A stretch of 64,000 bases of DNA, from assembly GCF_009914755.1 (NCBI RefSeq), contig NC_060934.1. One strand, 5' to 3'. The notes below the pieces were generated by a model that was not told where the DNA came from, ran no database searches, and worked only from the letters and a program-made list of their open reading frames with translations. The stretch is from the human T2T-CHM13v2.0 reference genome, Homo sapiens. Each line of letters begins with the position of its first letter. The stretch's first letter is position 1. Positions 42,940 to 56,379 of this stretch are shown piece after piece. Position numbers and translations under genes: made by a program.

Positions 42940-44135
42940 TTTAACAAAAATTAACTCAAAATTTAACATAAACTAACTCAAAAATTAACTCAAAAGTTTA
43001 ACAAAAATTAACTCAAAATTAACAGACCTGAATATAAAAGCTAAAACTATAAAATCCTTAGAAGAAAACATAAAAGTAAATCTTTTTGACCTTGGACTAG
43101 GCAATGGTTTCTTAAATACAATAAGTACCAAAAGAAAAATAGATAAACTGGATTCCACCAAAGTTAGGAAAGTTTTAAAGTAAATGAAAAAACAACCCAG
43201 AGAATGGGAGAAAATGTTTGCAAAACAAGTATTTGATAAGGGCCTAGTATCCAAAAAACATATAAATTCTTTACAGCTCAACAATAAAAAGACAAATAAT
43301 GCAATTTTAAAATGGGCAAGGAATCTGAATAGGCACATCTCCAAAGATGCACGAATGGTCAACAAGCACATGAAAAGATGCTCAACATCATTAGCCATTG
43401 AAGAAGGGCAAATCAAAATGACTTTATACCCACTAGATTGGCTATAATAAAAGAGACAATAACAAGTATTGCTGAGGATATGGAGAAATTAGAATGCTCA
43501 TACATCGCTGATGGGAATGTAAAATGATATAGTCACTTTGGAAAACAATTTGACAGTTACCTAAAAAGTTAACATAGAGTTAACACATAGCTCAGTAATT
43601 TCACTCCTAGGTGTGTAAGCAAGAGAAATGAAAGCATACATTCATACATGCATGCAAATGTTCACAGCAGCATTATTCATACCTAATAGCCAAAAAGTGG
43701 AAACAAGCCAAATATCCATCAAATGATGAGTGGGATAAATAAAATGTGTCATATCCATATAATGAAATATTATTCGGCAATAAATGAAGTATTAATACAT
43801 GCTACATACACTATGAATGAACCTTGAAAAACTTCTAAGTGAAATAAGCCAGCCACAAAAGACTACATATTGTATGATTCCATTCATATAAAATATCTTG
43901 AATAGGCAAATTTATACAGATAGAAAGTTATTTAGGGTTGCAGGAGGAGTACTAGAGGAAAATGGGCATTACTGATAATGGATATGGAGTTTCTTTGAGG
44001 GGGATGAAAATATTCTAAAATTAAACTCTGACGGTGGTTATACAGCCCTGTAAATTTATTAAAAATCAGTTACTTGTATATTTTAAATGGGTGAATTGCA
44101 TGGTATATTAATTATATCTCAATAAAACAATTGAA
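42940..44135 (+). mobile_element. L1MB/MC 3' portion
   Basis: aaaactataaaatccttagaagaaaaca...atgaaaagatgctcaacatcattagcc...ttatatctcaataaa. Confidence 0.85.
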
Positions 44136-46413
44136 AGAAAAAATAAGTAAGCGTAACAATAAATAATGAATCATTTTTCTGTGGTAAGGTTACATTTAAA
44201 GTTTCAAAGATTTTTTTAAAAAGATGTAATAATAAATGATTGGTTTATTATGATTATAAATCAATATATTGTGACAAGATTATAAACCAATAAAATGTAA
44301 GACTGCTCTTTATTTGATACAGATATTTGATAACAGAAAACATTAAAAGGGTACCTTAAAACCAAATAAATTCAAAAACATCATTAATTGTGAAAAATAA
44401 CCATACATATTAATAACATTCTTAACAATAAAAATTTAAAGCATACAAAGCATTATTTGTCCTATTCAAAGACTTGATCTTTGTTTTGTGACAAATACCA
44501 CAGAAAAAGTTTTTGTTTTGGATTGTTACTGATTCGTTCAATTGTAATGAGTATTCCCAAAAACATCTCCAGGTTGGGTGCACTAAACAAAAATTATGGG
44601 AGGCCATTGTACTGAGCTCCTTCCTGTGCTAGATCCTAATAAGAACAAACCAAATAAGGGGCCCAAACAGATTTATAACTAAATTAGTTGTAGTTTTGTC
44701 TTTTGACAGTTCTGGCGGCCATATGAAGGGACATGAAGGAGATTTCTGATGACCCATGACCCAGAGACCTCGAGGAACATGGTAAAGGTGCTGCTGACCC
44801 CCCTTTTGGATCCTCTGTCTTCCTCAGGAAGCCCGGAAAATTGTTTTCTTTTGCTTTGCTTTCAAGCTTTGCTTTCTTTTGCCCTGAGTTCCCTGATCTC
44901 TGTGGTTTGGGGTTAATCTGTGCTGTGAGAAGGCACTTGACTTTTGGATTTGCAGTAGCTGAGGAGTCACTGGCAAGAGCTGCAGTTTTAAAAGTAACCG
45001 ACAGTGGTTGAACTAAGTGGTTATTACTGCAGGGGGCACGAACTCTAGTTTTCAGAATTTGCAGTTATGTTGGTTCTACATTCTTCATTTTTCTTGTACA
45101 CTCAGGTAAGAGAGGCCTCAGGTGTCTGGTTCACAGAGAAATGGGAAAATCATTGGCTAGGTTGATCAGTGGAATGTCAGAGCCAAAGCCATAACCTGAC
45201 TGGTGGAAACGGGTGAGGCATGTAAGAGCTATTAGAGCAACCCATCACTAAAAAATAAGACTACCATGAGAAGATAAGCCTGGTCAGGGAATGGGTCAGT
45301 TAACATAAAGTTGTCCAGCAGCCACAAGAAAATATCCATGCAATGAAGTATACTGTAGAAACATTATAGGACTCAAACTCGTGGCATCTCCCTCTTAGGT
45401 TTTTATCTTGGCTCTGGGAGACCCAAGACTCAAGGTAAAAATAGGATCCTTAATTTCTGAAGAGCTGAGTACTCAGCCTTCTGACTACACCTGACTTTCA
45501 CATGTATGAGTATTAAGCCTGAAAGCTGCATATACTTACAGAAGTGGCAAAACCTTATTAAAGATAATTTAGAATTACAATGGCCATATGAAGACCGTTC
45601 CAGAAGAACAAGATCGTTCATCTAAGAAATGTACTTGAATCCCAAGCCTCCCAATTAATTGGTAGAGAGAATGGGATTCTCCTTTTAATTGGTATTCAGA
45701 AGCCTTAAAGAAACAACAGGATTCAAAAATAGCTTTTATAAAAGATTCATTGCAAAAAGCTAATGAAAAGCTAAAAATGCAAGATAATCCTCATATACCA
45801 AGGAAAATAAGACTGGCTTCACTACTACTGCTCCCCTCTATCCTACTTTGCCTGAATATTCAGTCTACTACCGTTTGAACTACCTTTCTTCTCTGAAAAA
45901 GCAGTTAAACAGCTTTTTTATAAAATAAAACCCCCTGAAAATTCCAAAATGATCCCCCAGTAACTTATACTTCCTGGACAAAAGCATAGACAATTTTCTA
46001 AATCCAGGGAAGAACTTCAAAATTTTTCTGAAGAATTCATGGTCTTAATTGGAACCTATGACCTGGTATTACTGACCTCTACCAACTAATACACTTTGTT
46101 GAAAGGGACCTGAGGAAGCACAAAAATGAATGTAAGAGGCAGAACAGTATTCTCCTGAGAATGGTATCAGTGACCCAACAAGACCTACCTGGATCTACTT
46201 ATGGGCAAGGCAAAGCCCCCAGAATTGCAAATGACTTTCTGAAAGGCATTCCTAAAGTGTTTTTCCATTTGCACTATGTGGTCTATCATCCAGACCTGCG
46301 TGCTAGAGAAATATGAAGCTGTTACTGACTTGAAAATTCACTTGGAAGCCCTTTTGGTAAGGCATTCCAGCTTCCCCCAACTTGATGCAGGCTCATAAAA
46401 AAGACAAAAGACA

Positions 46414-46702
46414 GGCAGGGAGCAGTAGCTCTCGCCCGTAATCCCAGCACTTTGGGGGGCCAAGGAGGGTGGATCACTTGAGCCCAGGAGTTTGAGACCA
46501 GCCTGGCCAACATGGTGAAACCCTGTCTCTACTAAAAATACAAAAATTAGCCAGATGTGGTAGTGCACACCTGTAATCTCAGCCACTCAAGAGGCTGAGA
46601 GAGGAGAACTGCTTGAACGCGGGAGGCTGAGGTTGCAGTGAGCCAAGATGGTCCAGCGTGAGCAAGACTCCATCTCAAAAAAAAAAAAAAAAAAAAAAAA
46701 AA
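46414..46702 (+). mobile_element. Alu (S/J) with a 3' internal deletion, inside the ERV
   Basis: Alu dimer with shortened right arm and polyA. Confidence 0.9.
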
Positions 46703-47840
46703 GACAAGAGGCTACAGGACTGAGCTAAACTAGTAATCATAGCAGAACATTTCAAGAGGACCTTAGAGCAAAATAAGAAACAAATGACTTCCAAATTATT
46801 CCAAAATTTGTAAGAGATTCCTAGAAATCTAATAGTTATCAGTCATGATTTTTGGTTATTATGTTAAATGTTACAATGCCATAGCAATAACCAAATTTCT
46901 TTGTCAATTGCTGATTATAATGAACTCTCATCAGATTTTTAGCCATGGCCATTTCTAACTCTTGGTCATCCACAGACAATGGTTTTGGTTCTTCCCCAAA
47001 AGCATGTGCAGTCAGTTACAGTCCAAAATTGCTTATTCGTCAAGATTCATTATAAGTACTCTGGAATACAAGTTTCTGGTAACTTTAAGATCATACCATT
47101 GGCCTGGATAAGAATTTATAAAACTCTAATGAAGAAACTGATGGCTTCATGAAACTGCTAACCAAGATCTGGCAGAATAAGAATAAATTACACGGAACTG
47201 AATAAACTGATGAGAATAATTTTTTATGACTTTTTATTTGAAATATTGCTGATTCTTCAGTGTTTTGTTTTCCAGATTTAAAGAAACTTTTTTTTCTTTT
47301 AATCTATAGCTTATGGCAGTGTGGTAAAGTTCACTTTTGTGAGCAAAATTTGAAGCCTTTACTTTTTCATCCCATCTGATCCCTCCAGATTTTGGAAACT
47401 ATTAGTGAGTATTCTTAATTTTATGGCAATATAATCATTTATGAAAGTTTCTTAAGAATCTGTTCTCCTTGTAAAAGGACACAGTTGGAAACACTAGTAC
47501 CAAGCTTTGACTGGAATCTCGTATTTTCAGATATGACCAGACAACTTCAAGGAATTAAAGTTGACTTTGTGGCGCCATTAACACCTCTGTCACCCCTCTC
47601 CCCAACTGCCACCATGGAAAAACTGGCCTGGTACCTTGAATACAACAGCCCAGCCGGTGGTCTTATAGCGGGGTGAAAAATGTCACTTCCTGACAGGCCC
47701 AGGAAACTCAGGATATTTTTGGGACCTCAGAGAGGAATTCACCATAATCTATTAAGTACTATAGGTGACGTTTAATGGTGAGCCCTGGGTTTGGCTTCAC
47801 AGCCTTGAGAGTCTTTTAAAAGTCTAAAAGACTTATTTGA

Positions 47841-48182
<342 letters not shown>

Positions 48183-48294
48183 AAAACTATGAAAAAATCC
48201 ACACTTCATCTGTTAGATTACAGCCTGGTTCACTGTAAGTTTTTATTATCTTCCTATAGACTGAACTGGATCCTGGATTCTTCTAGTTTCCTCC

Positions 48295-48674
48295 TGATAC
48301 GGTTTGGCTCCGTTTCCCCACCCAAATCTCACCTTGAACTGTAATCCCCATAATCCCTATATGTCAAGGGTGGGACCAGGTGAAGGTAATTGGATCGTGG
48401 GGATGGTTTCCCCCATGCTGTTCTTGTGATAGTGAGTGAGACTCACAAGATGTGATGGTTTTGTAAGTGTCTGGCATTTCCCCTGCTCGCACTCAATCTC
48501 TCTCCTGTCACCTTGTGAAGAAGGTGCCTGCTTCTTCTTCCCCTTCCACTATGATTCTAAGTGTCCTGAGGCCTCCCCAGCCATGCAGAACTGTGAGTCA
48601 ATTAAACCTCTTTTCTTTATAAATTACCCAGTCTTGGATATTTCTTTATAGCAGCATGAGAACGGACTAATACA
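48295..48674 (+). mobile_element. THE1D/MSTA-type MaLR solo LTR inside the ERV; TSD CCTCC
   Basis: tgatacggtttggct...ggactaataca with CCTCC on both sides. Confidence 0.9.
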
Positions 48675-50885
48675 CCTCCAATATCTGGCTCCATACAACT
48701 CTCCAACTAAGAGTAATAACTGCTCTGTTCTTTAATCCCTATAAGGTGAAGCTAGACAAATCAATATAAATTTCAAGAGACAAGTTTCATGCCTAATGTG
48801 TGGGCCACACAGAGTTCAGCAAATCACCCTATGCCATAACCAGAGACATTAAAACAGTGAACCAGGACAAGAAGTTGATAGCTTTGTGCTGTGGATAGCT
48901 TTTCCCAAGACTTTGGAACAAGCCTCCTCATCATAATGAGACTCTCACCTCTCTTAATGCCTTGCTTAAGCTTTCCTCTTTTGCTTGGCGCAGGATAATG
49001 CTGTAATCAAAATTCCACAATCAAACAGCTTCTGTAGGTAACTTGATGAAGTGCTGGATCTGTCATGTCAAACCCAAATCTTTACATGACCTAAGAGATC
49101 CTTTAATATACCTAGTGGTTAACTTTAGCAACATCTCTAATACAACTGTTTGTTCAAATTGAACTAGTGGTCCCTTGCATAGAGTTAGACTTCTAGAACC
49201 ACTCATTCTCTCTCCTTGTTTTAAATTAGCACAGTCATGGGAAGCTGGATAATAGAATTTCTACCTACTAGCTGAACAGGGAGGCATCTGTGCAGTTGCA
49301 GACACTTCTTGTTACAGATGGATAAATACATCTGGTATTAAAGAGACTCAGGTACAAAAAATTAACAAAAGGCGACTTGGTTAAAATGGGTAGACTTCTA
49401 ATATAGCTCATTCTTTGATCTATCTGATTTGATTGCTTTGGTTCATGGGGACCCTGCTTAGGGAACATACTCCAAACTCTTCATACTATCCTTCTGATAG
49501 TAGTAGTCTCCCTATGCACTGTATTCTCTCAAATGCTTTGAATGTTTACATGCAGCCATCCGTGAAACGTCAAATGGTCTCTCTTGGCTGGAACAACAAA
49601 AACTCAAAGAAATGAGTGACCATGAGGACCCTGTAATCCATGAATGGCATGTTGAAACTGGCAATGCAGAATGATAGAAACTGAAAGTAGCACTAATGCC
49701 CTAAGTTTTGGTCAGACTCTCACCTAGGGGTACTAAAGGATCTCACCTAGGTGAGACTGTGACCAAATGGGGGGAATTGTTAAACAAAAATTATGGGAGG
49801 CCATTGTTTTGGACTAAGCTCCTGCATTAGGCCCTAACAAAACAGACCAAATCAAAATACAGTCTCTGTAATGTTAAATGCCATATAAGCAAATAGATGC
49901 CAACAGACTAGTTTTTCCTGAAAACAGGTGATTCCAGTCTACCTGAGTTAGCATAAGTCAGTCCCCTGTGCTTTAATCTTTACCAAGAAGTAACTTATGT
50001 TAACCAATCAGGTTTTTTTTCTATTGTTCTGTTTCCTTGTTTCCACCTTACCAAACCTACTGTTCTTTCTGCCATTGCCCAGTGGGAGTTTTCATTCTAT
50101 TTGCAGAACAGAGGCTGTCCTGATTCATGAATCATGAATAAAAGCCAATTCAATCTATAATTAAATGTTATAATTGTCTTTTGACAGGTGTTAGGGTACA
50201 CATTGCTTCACATACATTTACTTTTTTCCATGATGAAAATATTTTGTCCAATTATTCTGAATTTGGTTTTACCTTTGAAATGGATATGGCTTTTATTAAT
50301 TCTGATTTTTAGATTACTTTTTTATTCTGTCACAGAATTATGCAACATTCACATCTTCTCTTTACATTTCTTCTGTTGAAGTATATATAAAGAACTGTAG
50401 CTTTTAGTGGATATTCAAATACTGGAAAACACCAACAAGCATTATTACCACTCTAATAAAATAACATTAGTGTCTCCTACAAAGGTTAGCTTCACTACAC
50501 AGAAGCATCTGTCCAATCTGCCAATTTAAGGATTTGTTTTGCTCCAAAACTTATTTCTTGGAAAAAAAAATTATTTCTTAGGATTTATATAAAGTATAAT
50601 ATGTGCACCAACTTATTTATTTTGTTTGCAAGAATGACTCCCATCACCAAAGTTATACTCAAGACTAACTGTTCAGAATGTGATTGTTTCTCTCCTACAA
50701 GTTCCAGATTTGGTTTCTGGGACCTAATTCCCTATGTCAGTGCTTCTTGTGCCTGCTTTTGACCTGACATCAATGGATTCCTTCAACCAGCAGTGGCTCT
50801 ATGTTGACTGTCAAGCTTTAATTCTCAGAAGAATTACAATATTCCCCCCTCCCCTGCATTTTCCTGATTTCTTAAGATCTCTCTT

Positions 50886-51364
50886 TTTTTATTATTATTA
50901 TTTTTTTGGAGACAGGGTCTTGCTCTGTCGCCCAGGCTAGAGTGAAGCACTGTGATCATGGCTCACTGCTGCCTTGACTTCCCAGGCTTAAGCAATCCTC
51001 TCACCTCAGCCTCTGGAATAACTGGGACTACAGGCACGAGCCACCATGCCCAGCTAATTTTTTTTTTCTATGTTTTTGTAGAGAGAAGGTCTCACTATGT
51101 TGCCTCAAACTCTCTTACGAAAAAGTAACTTATGTTAACCAATCAGTCTTTTTTTTTCCTATTGTTCTATTTCCTTGTTTCTACCTTACCAAACCCACTG
51201 TTTTGCCAATGCCCAGTGGGAGTTTTCATTCTATTTGCAGAACAGAAGCTGTCTTAATTCATGAATCATAAATAAAAGCCAATTAGATCTATAATTAAAT
51301 ATAATCCTCCCTCCTCAGCCTCCCAAAGTGTTGGGATTATAGGCGTGGGCCACAGCACCAGGCC
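50886..51364 (-). mobile_element. AluJ interrupted by ~190 bp of ERV LTR sequence (51113-51305)
   Basis: Reverse AluJ that resumes at aatcctccctcctcagcctcccaaagtg after the insert. Confidence 0.88.
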
Positions 51365-51927
51365 TTGACTGATATCTCCTCTTGGTATTTGAAAAACATG
51401 GAAATTTCTGAAGAAATGCCAGAAAGGAGTTCCCACTGGAAACGTGAGTACCAGCCAGTTAGGTGAATATAGACGACATTTGCTTTAGCTTAAGGTGAAT
51501 TATAATCTCTACATTTAAACAAAAGGATAACTTTTCATTTCACATTTCTTACAGTTCAATCTTAAACAAAGACAGGCTTTCCATTCAAATTATATAATGA
51601 CCAGAAGCAAGCAGTAACAATCACTGGCTAATAAATATTTTGCATAAATATAAACAAACATGTGTTAAATATGCAATAAATGAGTATAAATAAATTTCTA
51701 CTACTACTACTTCCAAAGGGAAGTCAGTACTACTAAACAAAAAAGCAAAAGAAATTGCCTTTTATCTCCTCTAAATTGCCGTCTATCTCCTGAAAGAGCT
51801 ATTACCTCTGTGAAATTTCTTACCAAGTTCAAAGTATTCTTTTAAAGGCAAAGGTATGTTGAAACCTTCCAGTAAGCATAAATACAAACACCACCTAGAA
51901 ACATGTTAAGATCGTTTACATGATTAA

Positions 51928-52056
51928 CCCATTTATACCGGAGGTTGAAAAATTTTTTTGTGAAAAATCAGACCTTGGCGATGACGTTGAGCAGTAGGAT
52001 ATAAATAACTCCCACAAGCTTAGAGTTCCAATAATGGAACACTAGGTATAAATGGA
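51928..52056 (-). mobile_element. MER85 non-autonomous piggyBac (PGBD3-derived) MITE
   Basis: TTAA at 51924-51927 and 52057-52060; TIRs cccatttatacc / ggtataaatgga; internal palindrome GTTCCAATAATGGAAC at 52025-52040; body cagaccttggcgatgac...gagcagtaggatataaataactccc. Confidence 0.92.
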
Positions 52057-52145
52057 TTAAAGATGAAACCAATGAGAAAAGGAAAGTAATTCCCAATGCT
52101 CATGCTATAAGAAAGTCATTTCTACAAAGAAAAGTACAAAATGAT

Positions 52146-52430
52146 GGGGCGTGGTGGCTCATGCCTGTAATCCCAGCACTCGGAGAGGCCAAAGTAGGTG
52201 AATACCTTGAGGCCAGGAATTCAAGACGAGCCTGGGCAACATGGCAAAACTCTGTCTCTACAAAAAATACAAAAAGGAGTTGGGTATGGTGGTGTATGCC
52301 TGTAGTCCTAGCTACTCGGGAGGCTGAAGTGGGAGGATTGCTTGAGCCTGGCGGGTGGAGGTTGCAGTGAGGCAAGACCAAGACACTGCACTCCAGTCTT
52401 GGTGACAGAATGAGACCCTGTCTCAAGAAA
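52146..52430 (+). mobile_element. AluJ
   Basis: Dimer ending gagaccctgtctcaa. Confidence 0.9.
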
Positions 52431-52522
52431 GGAAGGAGGGAGGAAGGGAAGGAAGGAAGGAAGGAAGGAAGGGAGGGAGGGAGGGAGGGATGGAGGGAGG
52501 GAGGGAGGGAGGGAGGGAGGGA
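52426..52522 (+). repeat. (GGAA)n/(GGGA)n polypurine tract as Alu tail
   Basis: Direct reading. Confidence 0.95.
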
Positions 52523-53729
52523 AAAATCTGTTTTTTTTTTTTCCTTTGGTGACTAAACTTAATTTGAAAGGAAAACCCTGCACTTGAAGGGGGTCAAATA
52601 CCACTTCACCTGTTGTTAAAAGAATCAGGCTTGGTTGACCTTTTATACATGCTCACCTCCTCTCTATATTCCCAACCCCCCTCAGAAACATCCTCATGCA
52701 GAACTCAATTTTCCTCAATTTTCACGACTTCCAAATCTAATCTTCAGTCCTCATTTTCCCCCTGCTACCTCTAAAACCCCAAGAGTTTGCAGAACACTCC
52801 TACAGGGAAATCTAACCATGCCTTACTACTTAAGATATGTAAAATCAAATTCATCTGCCTTTGAAATGAGTACCTCTATTTCCCCATCCAGTCCTGGAAG
52901 GTAACTGTGTCTTGTTCTTTCTATCCTATAACATGCAGAAAATAATCAGTACTTGCTGAGCAGATCAACGTCAATGGATACATAACTCTCCTACACTCAG
53001 ATCCTTAGAGTTCCTTTGCCTCCCCTGCCTATTAACTCATCCATATATTCAGTCACTCACTAAACCCTGTCCTAGTTATCCCACGTGTCCCTTCCTTCTT
53101 GTTCCTATTAAAACATATCTATGAGGCATTTACTTCCTCACCTTTAACCCACAACACCTCTTAAATTTGTCTCTGGGACTTCAATCTCTATATATACAAT
53201 TTACTCCATAAATATGCACATTTTTCTTAATATCACCTTCAATAACTTTTCTCTGATTAAAGGATCACCATTGTAACTTCTCTTGCCAGCAAATTTGGCC
53301 CTGAGACATCTACACTTCATTCAGACAAGACCTGGAAAATACTTTACAATTCTAATTCTCTTTTATCTTATGGCTCTTTTTCCAATTACCTAAAATCTAC
53401 AATCCATCTAGTTTCCTGAATCTTATCCATGAAGTTTTCCATGGTAGTGTCAATTCAAAAATACTTTTTCCTTGCACTAAGTTTCTATACTACCCATCAC
53501 TTAAGCCTCAATTCAAATTAGACAGCCTCATATAGTTGACTTATTTATGCATTTGTTTTTGTCTGTTAGCCCTAACTACATTTTAAGTTTCTAGAGGGCA
53601 GACACTGAGCTCCATATTTTTTGTATTCATCGTAGTATTTAGACAAAATGCATTCACTATTGATGTTGGAAAGACTGGTGGTAGTGTGGTGGAAGCAGTA
53701 GTGGTGGTGGTAGTAGCAGAAATAGTTGA

Positions 53730-53920
53730 AGCAGCTAACATTTACTGTAAGGACAATTCTAAGAGCTTTACATTTATTATTTCATTTAATTTTCACAATT
53801 ACTCAAGGAAATAGGTAATGGTATTACCCCTAATTTACACATTAGAAAATGAACACAGAGAGGTTGAGTAACATGCCAGACATTGCACAGCTAATAAATG
53901 AAAAGTCTGGACTATATAAG
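53730..53920 (-). mobile_element. MIR
   Basis: gcagctaacatttact...gaaaatgaacacagagaggttgagtaac. Confidence 0.7.
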
Positions 53921-54971
53921 TTGAGACAAATGGGTTGAAAAAATTTTGAAAGAGAGAAAATAAAGGCAGTTGTCTTTTGGTTAAAATTACAAATGCTACC
54001 CGTGAATAAAATACATTAAAAGCACTGATTATCAAAGACACAATCCTCTTTTAAATTATTATTTTCTGACCACAGTTCATTTTTGCTGAAGGTATTGTAT
54101 GAGTGTATAGCATACCAATACAGCATTTAAAACATTTTGGAGTATGGCATTTTAAAAAAGAGCACTGGTATTATGTCAGCTGTGTTCCTACTTAGTTTTC
54201 TTACATTCTCTTACAATTCAGACATCAGAAGAATTAAAGAGCTATATTTTGTAGTATGAAACAGTAGTGGAGGTATACAATTACAAAAGAAACAAGGCTA
54301 TTTTCCAGCATCACAACCTTAGGGAAAAGGATATGGGGAAGAAAAGAGAGCCTACATAAACACAGGAGGGAGAAATTCCAAATTTGCAGTCTTTTGAAAA
54401 GTCTGCCTCTAGTCAAAAGCAACCTAATTATACGGAAGATTCTTTATATCTGAGAGAAATGTATAAAAACTAACGGAAAACATCACTCAACTTTTATTTA
54501 ACTGCATATAAGATGTTAAATAATTAATAAATGCAAACATAGTCTCAAAATCTTTACAGGAACTTGGTTCATCTGGTAGAGTTATGCCTAAATTTACACA
54601 GAATTACACAGCTTTAAAGACTTTGAGGAATAATATTCAGCAACAATTCCAAGTAATTCCTTCTGGTTTTCAAAAGCATTCATTTTGAGTGCAACTTTTC
54701 CTTTATACAAATTTAAATGTCTTATGTCTGAGCTAATTTCCTCTTATCGTTCCCTCCAAGAAAAAAACAAAAAACAAAAAACAGAACTTCAGCCTTCAAC
54801 TAAAAAATACTTCATTATTATACACATTTCTCCATCCCTCGATCTTTCTGAAAAGGTAATTTATTTTAAAAATAATGCCCTGCCCTAAAAAATGTTACAA
54901 TTTTCCAAAACCTACACTTCTAACATAATATAAAAGTTTTCAGAACCAAAATAATTTTTATTCTGTAAGGG

Positions 54972-55830
<859 letters not shown>

Positions 55831-56379
55831 ACAACTAATAATACAATTATTTGTAGAGCCATGCCCCAAATATCTTCAGATTTAGCTAGATATTTTTCCT
55901 TAAAAAAATGTCAAAACATTAAAATAAAGGCAGGTAATATAAGAAGCACCCACATACCAACTACTCAGGAAAAAAGCAAATATTATTATTTAGCCTCATT
56001 TGCTTCAGGTGGATTTAAGTTATATTCAAGCCAAAATAACCAAACAAATTTAATCAAACTCAATGCTAACATAAACGGGATTCATAGACAAATGCAAACT
56101 GGAAATATTTTGAAGTTATAACTACTAAAATAGCTCCTCTTGTAAATGAATTTCAAAATTTCATAATATTAGCAGCCTTCCCTACAGAACTAAACATTTC
56201 ACTTTAAAATATGAACATAATGCTATTTAAAGGATTAATTCCCTATTTCTCTCTTCTGTCAAACTTCTACTTTGAAAATGCTTCACCTAATATGTGAATC
56301 AAGACCAGATGACAACACTAAAAAAGAATTTAATCACATAATTAAATGATTTTCTTTGCCTTAAAAGATCAATGTATTT

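Noticed and set aside
42985-43447. 143-aa and 87-aa ORFs
   Set aside because: Antisense and sense translations of a decayed L1 ORF2 C-terminus.
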